64,000 nucleotides of DNA, taken from NCBI GenBank assembly GCA_963667175.2, contig CAXXXF010000005.1, forward strand, positions 1-64,000, read 5' to 3'. This stretch comes from Candidatus Latescibacterota bacterium (lineage in GTDB: Bacteria > Latescibacterota > UBA2968 > GCA-2709665). Made by a program: the position numbers and the translations under genes. This document shows positions 1-10,942 of this stretch, piece by piece (the first letter of the stretch is position 1; every line of letters starts with the position of its first letter). Under the pieces are notes generated by a model. That model had not been told where the DNA came from and did no database searches. It saw only the letters and a list, made by a program, of their open reading frames with translations.

Positions 1-2
1 TT

Positions 3-200
3 CCGCGCGAGGGGTACGAAACCCTCGGCGGGTTCATCTACAATCACCTGGGCCGGGTACCGGGTCCCGAAGAGACCTTTGTATTCGAAAACCTCACCCT
101 GTGGGTGGAGGAAGTCGTGGGGCAACGCATCACGACGGTTCGGATCGTCAAACAGGAACCCGACCGGAACAAACAGGGCAAAACCCAAGAAATCGCTTGA
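3..200 (+). CDS. 3' end of a hemolysin/CBS-domain (CorC_HlyC transporter-associated) protein, truncated by window start
   Basis: Manual translation PREGYETLGGFIYNHLGRVPGPEETFVFENLTLWVEEVVGQRITTVRIVK...* matches the CorC_HlyC pattern (Y-x-T-L-G-G...LGRVP). Not in the ORF track. Confidence 0.8.
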   Translation, partial: PREGYETLGGFIYNHLGRVPGPEETFVFENLTLWVEEVVGQRITTVRIVKQEPDRNKQGKTQEIA

Positions 201-224
201 CAAAACACGAGAGATTTATAGATT
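197..224 (+). promoter_or_regulatory. sigma70-type promoter for tRNA-fMet
   Basis: TTGACA (197-202), 16 nt spacer, TAGATT (219-224), just upstream of the tRNA. Confidence 0.55.
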
Positions 225-245
225 TCAATATATCGGATACATGGT

Positions 246-322
<77 letters not shown>

Positions 323-332
323 AATAAACAAC

Positions 333-364
333 AGAGGAGGCCGATCATCCGGCCTCCTCTTTCT
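333..364 (+). terminator. Rho-independent terminator after tRNA-fMet
   Basis: AGAGGAGGCCG-atcatc-CGGCCTCCTCT perfect 11-bp stem followed by TTCT. Confidence 0.75.
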
Positions 365-501
365 ATCTGCAACCCGCGTGACAACAGCCTGCCCCCCGTT
401 TGAATGCGCCACTCCCCCCTACCCTGCCGATTCTGCCCGGTTGATCCCGGACAGCGGTCCAGTTGTAGCGTCATTTCCGGCTGAGCCTGTGTGAAGGCGT
501 G

Positions 502-563
502 GCCTGCCTGCAGCGCCTGTCTGCGTGCTCCGCACAGGCAGGCAGTACGCTGCGCAGGCAGGC
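502..563. repeat. Nested REP-like palindrome (GCCTGCCTG...CAGGCAGGC family)
   Basis: Outer GCCTGCCTGC.../...GCAGGCAGGC arms enclose a second copy (515-543). Related copies lie at 24013-24045 and 38719-38750. Confidence 0.65.
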
Positions 564-762
564 AGTCATTCCTGTCCGTGTCTGGCCCGCAGACCAGCGT
601 CCGGTAACAAGCTGGCAGGGACCCCCCAGAGGATCTACAAGACGGATACCCGTTGCCGGATGTGCCGAAATTACCTATCTTGAAAGCTGGCAATAGGATT
701 TCTCCCCGGTGGATGGGTATTCTTTCATTTCCCGGTTATTTCATGCCAGGTTGGAGCAACCG

Positions 763-1068
763 ATGTCAACCCGACAGGTTGTTATCGAATTACCGGAAAA
801 GGTGTTGCGGGCCGCAAACACGGACGAATCGGATTTCGCCCGTGAGTTGCGCACGCTGGCCGCAGTAAAGCTGTATGAACTGGGTCGCCTGTCAACCGGC
901 CGTGCGGCCGAACTTGCGACCATGTCACGTGTTGAATTCCTGTTAGGGCTGGAACGTTCTAAGGTCTTTCCATTGCATGCCGAGGTTAAACGATCTGGAG
1001 AGCCAGAATACCTGAAGCGATCAGCAATACGTCACCCCTGCTGTTTCTGTATCGAATTGACGCACTGA
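763..1068 (+). CDS. UPF0175-family protein (putative antitoxin), C-terminus probably frameshifted
   Basis: LAAVKLYELGRLSTGRAAELATMSRVEFL is typical of UPF0175. Removing one A at ~988-990 restores ...EVNDLESQNT* overlapping the next gene. Confidence 0.75.
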   Translation: MSTRQVVIELPEKVLRAANTDESDFARELRTLAAVKLYELGRLSTGRAAELATMSRVEFLLGLERSKVFPLHAEVKRSGEPEYLKRSAIRHPCCFCIELTH

Positions 1069-1509
1069 ATTGGCTGTCCAGCCTGTTCGACGAGGTCTGG
1101 GTACCAAACGCAGTCGTAAACGAACTTCGCGAAGGTCGGCAAAAAGGGTATGATGTTCCCAATCCCGGTGATTGTGACTGGTTGCGAATCGTTAAGCCTC
1201 ATTCCATACCATCGGAATGGCGTGCGCCGGACCTGGGCACGCCTGGGCACGGGTGAGCTTGCTGCGCTGTCGCGTGGCCTGGAAAACCCGGGCCGGGTGG
1301 TCCTTGTCGACGAACGGTTGGCGCGGAGCATCGCTCAGGATGCCGGCCTTGTGGTCTGGGGAACGCTGAGGGTTCTGCTTGAGGCGAAGTCCAATGGTTT
1401 GACAGAACGCGTCGAGCCACCTGTGGACCGGCTGAGGGAATCAGGGATGTGGATTTCAGATTCGATTCGACAGGAGGTTTTGGCGCTGGCAGGGGAAGAC
1501 GACCAATAG
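1008..1509 (+). pseudogene. DUF3368 / PIN-domain nuclease pseudogene
   Basis: IPEAISNTSPLLFLYRIDALNWLSSLFDEVWVPNAVVNEL...DLGT joins GELAAL...VLVDERLAR...GTLRVLLEAK in another frame. The break is a 10-bp tandem duplication CCTGGGCACG (1232-1251), and the start codon reads ATA. Confidence 0.8.
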
Positions 1510-1686
1510 GCGAGAAAGGGAGTGAAATCGACATGAGCACCCAGGGATTGACTCCTGCGGTGTTTTCCTATTTCAGCGGCTCTGACAACGCACGTCCGGT
1601 TCACCCGGCACAACGGCGCGGCTGCGGTCAGGAGGATCGTTCGAGTTGCACATGGCGCGGGAATACGTTCGTTTTGTCGGTTTCAT

Positions 1687-2840
1687 TTACGGCCACAGAT
1701 CATCCGCGGCCAGCAGGCTGGAAAAGTGCGAGAACGGGGAGGATATCGATGCCGTCCGAGGTCCGCAGTTCGGGCCCTTCGGGATAGACGACGATGCGCC
1801 GGCGCAGCCCCTGCAGGTTGGCCAGAGCTCTCAGTCCCTTGCACCATGATTCCGTAAACGCGCCGCCGGATTTGACCTCGACCGCGACGAATTCCTCTCC
1901 GCGTTTGAGCAGGAAGTCCACTTCAGTTGACGTTCGTGCGGCGGTTGCCCAATAGAAGCACGCATCGCACAGGTTGCGATAGTCCTTGTACGCACGGATC
2001 AGCTGCGCGACCAGCCCCTCGAACAGCGAGCCACGTTCTTCTGGTGTTGGCGGCGTCGTGACCCGCTTCATGGCCCGCACGATGCCGGGATCGCACCAAT
2101 ACCACTTCGGCAGTTTGCGTTCGCGCGCCCGCAATCGCGTCTCGTAGGCGGGAAGTTGAAAGCCAAGCAGTGTTTCCTCCAGGATCTCCAGATAACCCGT
2201 CACCGTGGTGCGTGCGACCTGCGCGTCCCGAGCGATGTTCGTCGCGTTCAGAGTCTGCCCGTAATACAGCGCCGAAACGGGCAGAAAGCGCGCGAATCCC
2301 GGTAAGTTTCGCACCAGGGCCTCGGCCTGAATCTCTTCCTTCAGATACATCTGCGTATAGGCAGTGAGCGTTTCCGCTTTGTCCTCCGAATCCCATACAA
2401 TCGGCAGCAGACCGTATTGCAACGCGTCGTCGAGCGCGAAATGATCCCCCAATTCGGCGGGCACGAAGGGGTGCATCGCGCGACGCAGGGCGCGGCCCGC
2501 GAGCAGGTTGACGCCCGCCTGCTTGAGTTTTCTCGCGCTGGATCCGCACAGCACGAACCGCATCCCCTTCTCTTCGATGAATCGGTGTACTTCGTTGAGA
2601 AGCCCCGGCAGTCTCTGAATTTCGTCCAGGACCACCCATCGGTCGGCCGGGACAGCCCGCAGTTCGGCTGCCAGGAGCCCCGGGTTCGCGAGCAGCCGCT
2701 GGTACGTAATCTTCCGAGAGCAGATTGATGACATGGGCGTCCGGAAGAGCGATTCGCAGCCACGTGCTCTTCCCAACGCCGCGCGGGCCAAGGAGAAAGA
2801 AGCTCTTCCCTGGGGCGTCAAATAGTCGTGGTATTGTCAT
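1687..2840 (-). pseudogene. AAA_14 + DUF4143 ATPase, frameshifted
   Basis: Walker A GPRGVGKS lies in ORF 1923..2840. Walker B LDEIQ, GSS, LAGR and C-terminal EVDF...VEVKS lie in ORF 1700..2821. Frame break near 2705-2712; a probable second break near 1736-1739 restores ...LPFSHFSSLLAADDLWP*. Confidence 0.8.
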
Positions 2841-2966
2841 TTGTCTATCTTATCGTCATTTTTCATAGTAATTTGACGACAATATAGACAAATTTCTTAA
2901 ACTGTCAAGCGATGCGTTTGGCCTGCGGCAGCTTTCTCGTCTTTGTACCCGCGTTCTCCAACCCCC

Positions 2967-3563
2967 CTACCCATCCAGCAGCGCCAGAAAATCCCGCCGC
3001 AGCCGTTCACGCGCGTCCACGACGGTCTCCCCCCAGCTGATCAGCGGTCCTGGCGACGCGTCCCATCGCGCTTCCGGGCCGAAGAGGACATAGATGTCCC
3101 ACGCGACGTCCACGTCCCTGTCGTACCACGGCTGCTGCGCAAACCAGCGCCCCGTGACCCGCTGCTCGTCCCAGAGATGAACCACCCTCGGGTCCGGAAG
3201 CAGGCTCTTCCGCCACGCCGACCGGGCGTCGCCGGCGATGATCGGAAGCCAGACCGCGTACACTTTCAGGTCTGCCTCACGGTTCCTTTCGAGAATCTCC
3301 TCCTGCACCCAACTGGCGCCAGCCTGGCAGACGGGTCACGTGGGCGAAAGCAGCAGGACGAGGCGCACAACGCCGGCGTCCTGATTGAAGATCGTCCGGA
3401 GTTCCTCGACGCGATCAATGTCCTTCAAATCCGCCGCGGGCTCTTCGGAAACGGGTTCCTTGCCGCAGGCAAACAGCAATGCTGCGGTCAGGAAAAAGAC
3501 CGGGAGTTGCGGCTTCCGAGGAGCCACACCCATTCGGGCCCGCCACCGGAACGTACCATTCAT
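2967..3563 (-). CDS. Putative selenoprotein: thioredoxin-fold lipoprotein with UxxC motif (SPT-U-PVC)
   Basis: ORFs 3336..3569 and 2967..3308 are in the same frame, separated only by TGA at 3338-3336. Read-through gives VRLVLLLSPT-U-PVCQAGASWVQEEIL...VYAVW. Lipobox LFAC, AGGAG RBS before ATG 3563, hairpin after the TGA. Confidence 0.8.
3303..3330 (-). promoter_or_regulatory. Candidate bacterial SECIS element
   Basis: mRNA after UGA: CUGCCAGGCUG-GCGC-CAGUUGGGUGCAG. The G-starting 4-nt apical loop begins 17 nt after the UGA. Confidence 0.55.
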
Positions 3564-4227
3564 CTCCACGCTCCTGAAGAAATACGCGCGTCACCGTTAC
3601 GTGAATTCAACGATTTCCAGTGCGTCAAACTACGAAGAGCAAGTGAACGATGCAACCGGTATCGGGGTTCCAATGGAGAAACTCTCCTGCGGATATCCGT
3701 GAATTGGCATCGTCAGTCCCTATCGCCAACCGGTTTTGGCTGACAGCTTATAACTGATCGCTGACTGCCGCTCTTCGACGGCCGAGAGGAGAGGTCTCCG
3801 CGCGAACGCAAGTTCATCGCCCGGCCAAATCGGCGACCGGTGACGGCGTTGGTATCCTCTCCCCTCTCACGTCTTCCGTCTCCCCCGGGGAAGTGGGCAG
3901 GGTGGAGCGCTTTACGTTGTAATGGCCCGTACCGAACGTAACAAATTGAAATATTACCGATTGAACACCTTGCCGCCGTCACCGTTGGCGTTATATTTAT
4001 TGTATACACTTGCGGGACAGCCACGCGACGTCTCCGCATGCGACATCGATGCAAAGAGACCCTGCCCCAACTCCCCTACCGACTGCACGGCCCCGAACCT
4101 GGTCATGTCCCTGCGCGCCATCCCCAATCGGGCGGTTTGCAGACTGAAACGGCTCCGTGCTGACTGAACACGGACGTGTCACCGATTGAACGCACACGGT
4201 GGCGCCTTACCAGAGGAGAGTCCACGC

Positions 4228-7083
4228 ATGCGAAGCCGACTCGAGGTATTGTGGTTCGCGCTGGTTGTCTTTTTCGCCAGTCCAATGTGCGTGACCCAGG
4301 CGTCCGGAGAAGATGCCGGAGACATCGAAACCGTTGAGGAAGTTGACGAGGCCGGGGACGAGGAAATAATGGTCTACGAACTGGAGTCCATTACCGTGAC
4401 CGGGTCGCGGATCAAGAGCGCGGACGACCTCACGCCGGCGCCGGTCATTGTCCTGTCTCGGGACGAAATCAAGGTGCGGGGTCTGGCCTCCATCGGAGAC
4501 GTCCTGCAGACCCTCACGGTCCAGTCCAACGCCATCAATACGCAGGCCAACAACGGCGGTGACGGCACCACGCGCATCAGCCTCCGCGGCCTGGGGGCGA
4601 AACGAACCCTGGTGCTGCTCAACGGACGCAGGTTCGTTCCGGGCGGGACCGGGGCGAATTCCTCGGTGGACCTGAACGCCATTCCCGCCTCCGCCGTGGA
4701 GCGTGTGGAGGTGCTGAAAGACGGCGCTTCCGCCGTATACGGATCCGACGCGGTCGGTGGCGTCGTAAACGTCATCACGCGTTCTCAGACCGAAGGGCTC
4801 GAGTTCGAATTCTACCAGGGTGTTTCGGGCGAGGGCGACGGTGAAACCATCGACTTCAGCGTCACGGCCGGGACGAGGAGCGAAAGAGGCGGTTTTCTGT
4901 TTTCCGCGGGGTACCACAGACAGAGACCCGTCTGGACCGGCGACCGGCCCTTCAGCGCCGAAGACAAGTCCTACGACTGGGAAAAAAACGACGGCACCTA
5001 CGCCACAAGCGGCAGTTCGGCAACGCCGGAAGGACACATCATCGACCGGACCGACGCCCCCGGCAATGAGGCGTGGCAGGCCGTGGTTTCGGCAGCCGGG
5101 GAAGAATCCGGCGACTACCACCGGGACCCCAACACCGGATGGCGCCCGTTCAACTGGGCGGGCAACTCTTCGGACGGCAGCGGCGACCTGTACAATTACC
5201 AGCCGGAGAATTACCTCTACACGCCCCAGACCCGATACACCACCTTTCTGAGCGGCAACTATGAATTCGCGAAGGAGGCGAAGGGCTTTTTCGAGGTCTC
5301 CTATACGAATCGGCAGTCCGACCAGAAGCTCGCCCCGACCCCCCTTTTCACCATCAGCGAGGAACTCTCCATATCGTCCACGAACATATACAATGAATAT
5401 GGCCGAGACTTCTACGACGTCCGTCGCCGGTTCGTCGAAGCGGGCAATCGAAATTACCTTCAGGACATCAACACGTACCGCATCGTGCTGGGCGCCGATT
5501 ATGCGTATCGGAGCTTTACCACCGATCTGTCGTATGCTTACGGCCGCAGCGAGGGGACCAACGTCAACGAGGGGCGGTTTATCCTCAGCAATCTGGCGCG
5601 CGCGCTGGGGCCCGCCGAACAGTGCGCGGCGATCGGCAATTGCGTCCCGCTGGACCTGCTGCACGGCGCCGGAACCATCACTCAGGAAATGCTGGACTAC
5701 ATCCAGTATACCGGTATTGCGACGGGCTACACCAAACAGAAGGTCCTCCAGCTGAACCTGACCGGGCAGATCGCCGAACTGCCGGCCGGACCCCTGGGCG
5801 TGGCCGCGGGCGTGTCTTCACGCTGGGAAGCCGGCGCCTATCTCCCGGATCCGGTAACGAAATCGGGAAATACGACCGGCAGCAAGCAGGAATCGACCGA
5901 AGGCGCCTATTCGGTAAGGGCCCTGTACGGGGAGGCCTCCGTGCCGGTTTATCGGGCGGAAGCCGCAGGCCTGGACCTGACGGCGGCAGGCAGGGCCTTC
6001 GATTACGACACCTTTGGGAGCGGCTTCACGTACGAGGCCGGCGCCCGCTGCGAACTTCCCCGGGGGCTGACGCTCCGGGCGACGATATCCGATGCGTTTC
6101 GCGCGCCGGGCATCGCGGAGATGTTCCTCGGCCAGAGCGATTCTTTCCCGCTCGTAAGCGATCCCTGTAGCGTGGTAGACGAAGCCGGCAGCACCCGGAC
6201 ACTCACGGCCGAGCAACAGAGGAATTGTGCGGCAGCCGGCGTCCCGCCCGACTTCGAGGACTCACGCGCGCAACTTCGAGCCAAAGTCGGAGGTTCAACC
6301 GACCTGGATCCGGAAACCGCCGCCATGATTACGGCCGGGTTGGTTTACCAACCTGAATACGCCGAAGACCTGGACATTGCCATCAGCTACTATAACAATA
6401 AGATAGAGGATGTGATCGGGGCGCTGCCCGCAGGGCTCATTCTGAGCAACTGCTATTCGCAGGAAACGCCGTCCTACTGCGATCAGATCGTCCGGGACCC
6501 GAACACGAAGCTGATCAGGACCATTTTTTCCCAGGGCGCCAACGTGGGCGAAACCGAAACCAGCGGACTGGACGTCGAACTCTCTTACAGGGTCGACACG
6601 CCGCTGGGAATTCTAACAACCCGCACGGAGAGCAATTTGCTTTTCAAATACGAGCAGCTTGTGCCGGCGCCAGGGGGACTCGAACTGGTTAAGGGCAGGG
6701 GTTACTACGATCTGGGTGTCTTCCCCAGATGGCGGCATTCGCTAACGGCGGGTCTGAGCCAGCCGCGCGTTTCCTTCGGGCTGAACTGGAAATACGTCGG
6801 CGGATTCCGGGAGTGCGAAGACGATGACTGCAAGGGTCTGTACCGCGCTGACGTTTCGGAAACGCCCGTGAGCCGCAACGTCAGCGAGATCAGCACGATC
6901 GGCCTGTACGGGTCGTACAGACTGGGGACGCGGATGGGCGCAACCGTGCTGACTGTCGGCGTCAACAACGTCTTCAATCAGCCGCCCGCGGTGATATTCA
7001 ACGGCTTTCTCGGCACGTCGGATGCCAGCACCTACGACTTCATGGGCAGATATCTGTACGTGCGTCTCTCACACTATCTGTAG
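4228..7083 (+). CDS. TonB-dependent receptor
   Basis: Signal peptide, TonB-box-like ESITVTGSRI, plug motifs LRGLGAKRTLVLLNGRR and ERVEVLKDGASAVYGSDAVGGVVNVIT, C-terminal GVNNVFN...YDFMGRYLY. RBS GAGGAG before ATG 4228. Confidence 0.93.
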   Translation: MRSRLEVLWFALVVFFASPMCVTQASGEDAGDIETVEEVDEAGDEEIMVYELESITVTGSRIKSADDLTPAPVIVLSRDEIKVRGLASIGDVLQTLTVQSNAINTQANNGGDGTTRISLRGLGAKRTLVLLNGRRFVPGGTGANSSVDLNAIPASAVERVEVLKDGASAVYGSDAVGGVVNVITRSQTEGLEFEFYQGVSGEGDGETIDFSVTAGTRSERGGFLFSAGYHRQRPVWTGDRPFSAEDKSYDWEKNDGTYATSGSSATPEGHIIDRTDAPGNEAWQAVVSAAGEESGDYHRDPNTGWRPFNWAGNSSDGSGDLYNYQPENYLYTPQTRYTTFLSGNYEFAKEAKGFFEVSYTNRQSDQKLAPTPLFTISEELSISSTNIYNEYGRDFYDVRRRFVEAGNRNYLQDINTYRIVLGADYAYRSFTTDLSYAYGRSEGTNVNEGRFILSNLARALGPAEQCAAIGNCVPLDLLHGAGTITQEMLDYIQYTGIATGYTKQKVLQLNLTGQIAELPAGPLGVAAGVSSRWEAGAYLPDPVTKSGNTTGSKQESTEGAYSVRALYGEASVPVYRAEAAGLDLTAAGRAFDYDTFGSGFTYEAGARCELPRGLTLRATISDAFRAPGIAEMFLGQSDSFPLVSDPCSVVDEAGSTRTLTAEQQRNCAAAGVPPDFEDSRAQLRAKVGGSTDLDPETAAMITAGLVYQPEYAEDLDIAISYYNNKIEDVIGALPAGLILSNCYSQETPSYCDQIVRDPNTKLIRTIFSQGANVGETETSGLDVELSYRVDTPLGILTTRTESNLLFKYEQLVPAPGGLELVKGRGYYDLGVFPRWRHSLTAGLSQPRVSFGLNWKYVGGFRECEDDDCKGLYRADVSETPVSRNVSEISTIGLYGSYRLGTRMGATVLTVGVNNVFNQPPAVIFNGFLGTSDASTYDFMGRYLYVRLSHYL

Positions 7084-7226
7084 ACTTCGCGTATCGCCGT
7101 GTGAGCGTCGGGTCATTCTCCTGCGTACCTTGCAACGCGACCGGAGTGCTTGGCGCCGATGGAACCCCGTTTCCGACGACGCGTTCAAATTGAAATCCTT
7201 TCGCGTCTCGAAGCCAGGGAGTTCTT

Positions 7227-8459
7227 ATGGTCCAGCGCATCATCGCCGTCGGCTCAATCTATATTGGCATTTCGGTCGCGTGGCTCATTCTGGGCCAGAC
7301 CATTCACCTGCGCACGGTGAAGCAGGGAAACAAACTCAAGGACTCCGTGGGACAACTCTGGGGCACGGCCCAGACGCAACAGGCCCCGCAAATCTACTGG
7401 CTGGACCGCGTTACCCGTGTCGAACCCGGCCCGGATGGCGAGTCGATTACCCGCACGGTAGACGAAAAGCACTTTCTGAACCTGAAAGCCAGCCGCATCG
7501 ACGTCGACCTGTCTCTCGAGCACCGGCGAAAGGGTCTGTTATGGTTTGCCACGTACCAGGTCCGATTCGCGGCTTCGTACACCCTGTCCAACACCACCGA
7601 CCAGTACCTGAACCTGTTTTTCGATCTGGAATTGCCTGCCCGCCGAGCCGTATACGACGACATTGCCTTAAACGTCGACGGTCAACGCATCGTCAACGTC
7701 CCCGTCCGCTCGGGCCATCTGGTCCAACCCATCGATCTCGCGCCAGGTCAGGAACTTCCCGTCCATGTCTCCTACCGCTCCCAGGGCTTGGGCCAGTGGC
7801 GGTACAGTTTCGGCGATGACGTCAACCAGGTCTCGGACTTCGAACTGGCGATGCGGACCGACTTCCACGAGATCGACTTTCCCGAGGACACCGTATCCCC
7901 CATATCCAAGTCCCGGGACGGCGACGCCTGGACCCTGACGTGGCGGTACGATCAACTGCTCACCGGCGTCGATCTGGGTATGGTCATGCCAGCCCGTCTC
8001 AACCCGGGTCCCTGGGTGCGGCAGGTCGTGTTCGCGGCGCCCATTTCCCTCTTCCTTTTCTTCTTTCTGCTCTTCATTTTCACCACCGTTCGCCGAATCG
8101 ACCTGCACCCGATGCACTTCTTCTTCATCGGGGCCGCCTTCTTCAGCTTCCACCTGTTGCTGGCCTACCTGGTCGACCACATGCTCATCCACTACGCCTT
8201 TGTCCTGGCCTCCGCGGTCTCGATTTTCCTGGTTACGTCGTACATGCGCCTGGTCGCGGGCACGCGCCTGGCCTTCGTCGAAATCGGCGCCGGACAGTTC
8301 ATCTACCTGGTGCTTTTCTCCTACACGTTTTTCTTTTCCGGCTATACCGGCCTCGCCATTACGATCCTGTGCGTCGCGACCCTGTTCGCGGCCATGCAAT
8401 ACACCGGCCGCATTGACTGGAACGCGGTTTTCGAAAAGAAGACGTCGCCGCCGTCCTGA
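7227..8459 (+). CDS. CreD-like inner membrane protein
   Basis: N-terminal TM, large periplasmic loop, then several TMs with LHPMHFFFIGAAFFSFHLLLAYLVDH, resembling the CreD HPxxY...FYLLLxxLxEH motif. Confidence 0.65.
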   Translation: MVQRIIAVGSIYIGISVAWLILGQTIHLRTVKQGNKLKDSVGQLWGTAQTQQAPQIYWLDRVTRVEPGPDGESITRTVDEKHFLNLKASRIDVDLSLEHRRKGLLWFATYQVRFAASYTLSNTTDQYLNLFFDLELPARRAVYDDIALNVDGQRIVNVPVRSGHLVQPIDLAPGQELPVHVSYRSQGLGQWRYSFGDDVNQVSDFELAMRTDFHEIDFPEDTVSPISKSRDGDAWTLTWRYDQLLTGVDLGMVMPARLNPGPWVRQVVFAAPISLFLFFFLLFIFTTVRRIDLHPMHFFFIGAAFFSFHLLLAYLVDHMLIHYAFVLASAVSIFLVTSYMRLVAGTRLAFVEIGAGQFIYLVLFSYTFFFSGYTGLAITILCVATLFAAMQYTGRIDWNAVFEKKTSPPS

Positions 8460-8521
8460 CGGCAATCCCCTCCGCTCCCCTACCCTGCGTTGCGCGTGCA
8501 CGTGAGAATCCCCCGCCCTTC

Positions 8522-8552
8522 CAGCCCGTTGAAAAAGTCCATCCGGACTGCG
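8522..8552. repeat. Solo copy of a MITE/IS-like left end
   Basis: CAGCCCGTTGAAAAAGTCCATCCGGACTGCG closely matches CAGGCCGTTGATAAGGTCCATCCGGGCTGCG at 38627. Confidence 0.55.
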
Positions 8553-8608
8553 AATCCCTCCAATTGAACGCCGCAATTTACCCACAGTCGGTCGAGTTTT
8601 AAACATAA

Positions 8609-8637
8609 TTGACAGAATGTATAATTTTTATTATATT
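8609..8637 (+). promoter_or_regulatory. sigma70 promoter of HTH-hsdM (probably leaderless)
   Basis: TTGACA (8609-8614), 17 nt, TATATT (8632-8637). ATG at 8644 has no Shine-Dalgarno. Confidence 0.65.
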
Positions 8638-8643
8638 CTATAT

Positions 8644-10488
<1,845 letters not shown>

Positions 10489-10521
10489 ACGTGGATACTA
10501 AGAAGCGAAGGAGGTAGAGAA

Positions 10522-10896
10522 ATGGGAGCGACGCACGTAACAGTCAGGATCACCAACCCCGCGGATCGGGACCGGTTCTGGGAGGGCCTCTTTCTTGTCG
10601 ACACCGGGGCCACAGACTCCCTGGCGCCCAGGCAGCACCTGGAGGCCATCGGCCTCGAGCCTGAGGGGAAGCGCAAGTATGAACTGGCCGATGGGAGCGA
10701 GATCACGGTCGACGTCGCCCTTGCCAAGATCGAGTTCATGGGAGAGTTCGTCGGCGGGACGGTCATCTTCGGCGAGGCTGACGCGGAGCCGTTGCTGGGC
10801 CTGACAGCGTTGGAGTCCGTCGGCATCGAAGTAGATCCGGTGAATCAACAGTTAAAGAGGCTGCCCGCCGTGCGGCTCAAGGGGCTTGCGGGATGA
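10522..10896 (+). CDS. Small clan AA (retropepsin-like) aspartic protease
   Basis: FLVDTGATDS catalytic motif, YELADGS flap, PLLGLTALES. Strong RBS AAGGAGG. Confidence 0.85.
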   Translation: MGATHVTVRITNPADRDRFWEGLFLVDTGATDSLAPRQHLEAIGLEPEGKRKYELADGSEITVDVALAKIEFMGEFVGGTVIFGEADAEPLLGLTALESVGIEVDPVNQQLKRLPAVRLKGLAG

Positions 10897-10942
10897 TGGT
10901 TGCGACGGCCTGCGACTATGGCACGATACTCGGCGGTTCACA

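Noticed and set aside
2700-2715. Programmed frameshift in the AAA-DUF4143 gene
   Set aside because: There is no slippery heptamer, and a second lesion in the same gene points to decay or error.
3803-3816. Second GAAC-N4-GTTC (CGAACGCAAGTTCA) between the UxxC gene and the TonB receptor
   Set aside because: An 8-bp pattern is expected about once per window by chance. It does not overlap an evident promoter, and neither neighbour is a repair gene.
3570-4227. Riboswitch or ncRNA upstream of the TonB receptor
   Set aside because: No recognisable TPP, cobalamin or other aptamer consensus by eye.
4207-5664. Long antisense ORFs (also 8638..10068, 20505..22442, 39270..40970, 55982..57601, 59035..60249)
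   Set aside because: They are shadows of well-supported genes in GC-rich DNA and have no motifs of their own.
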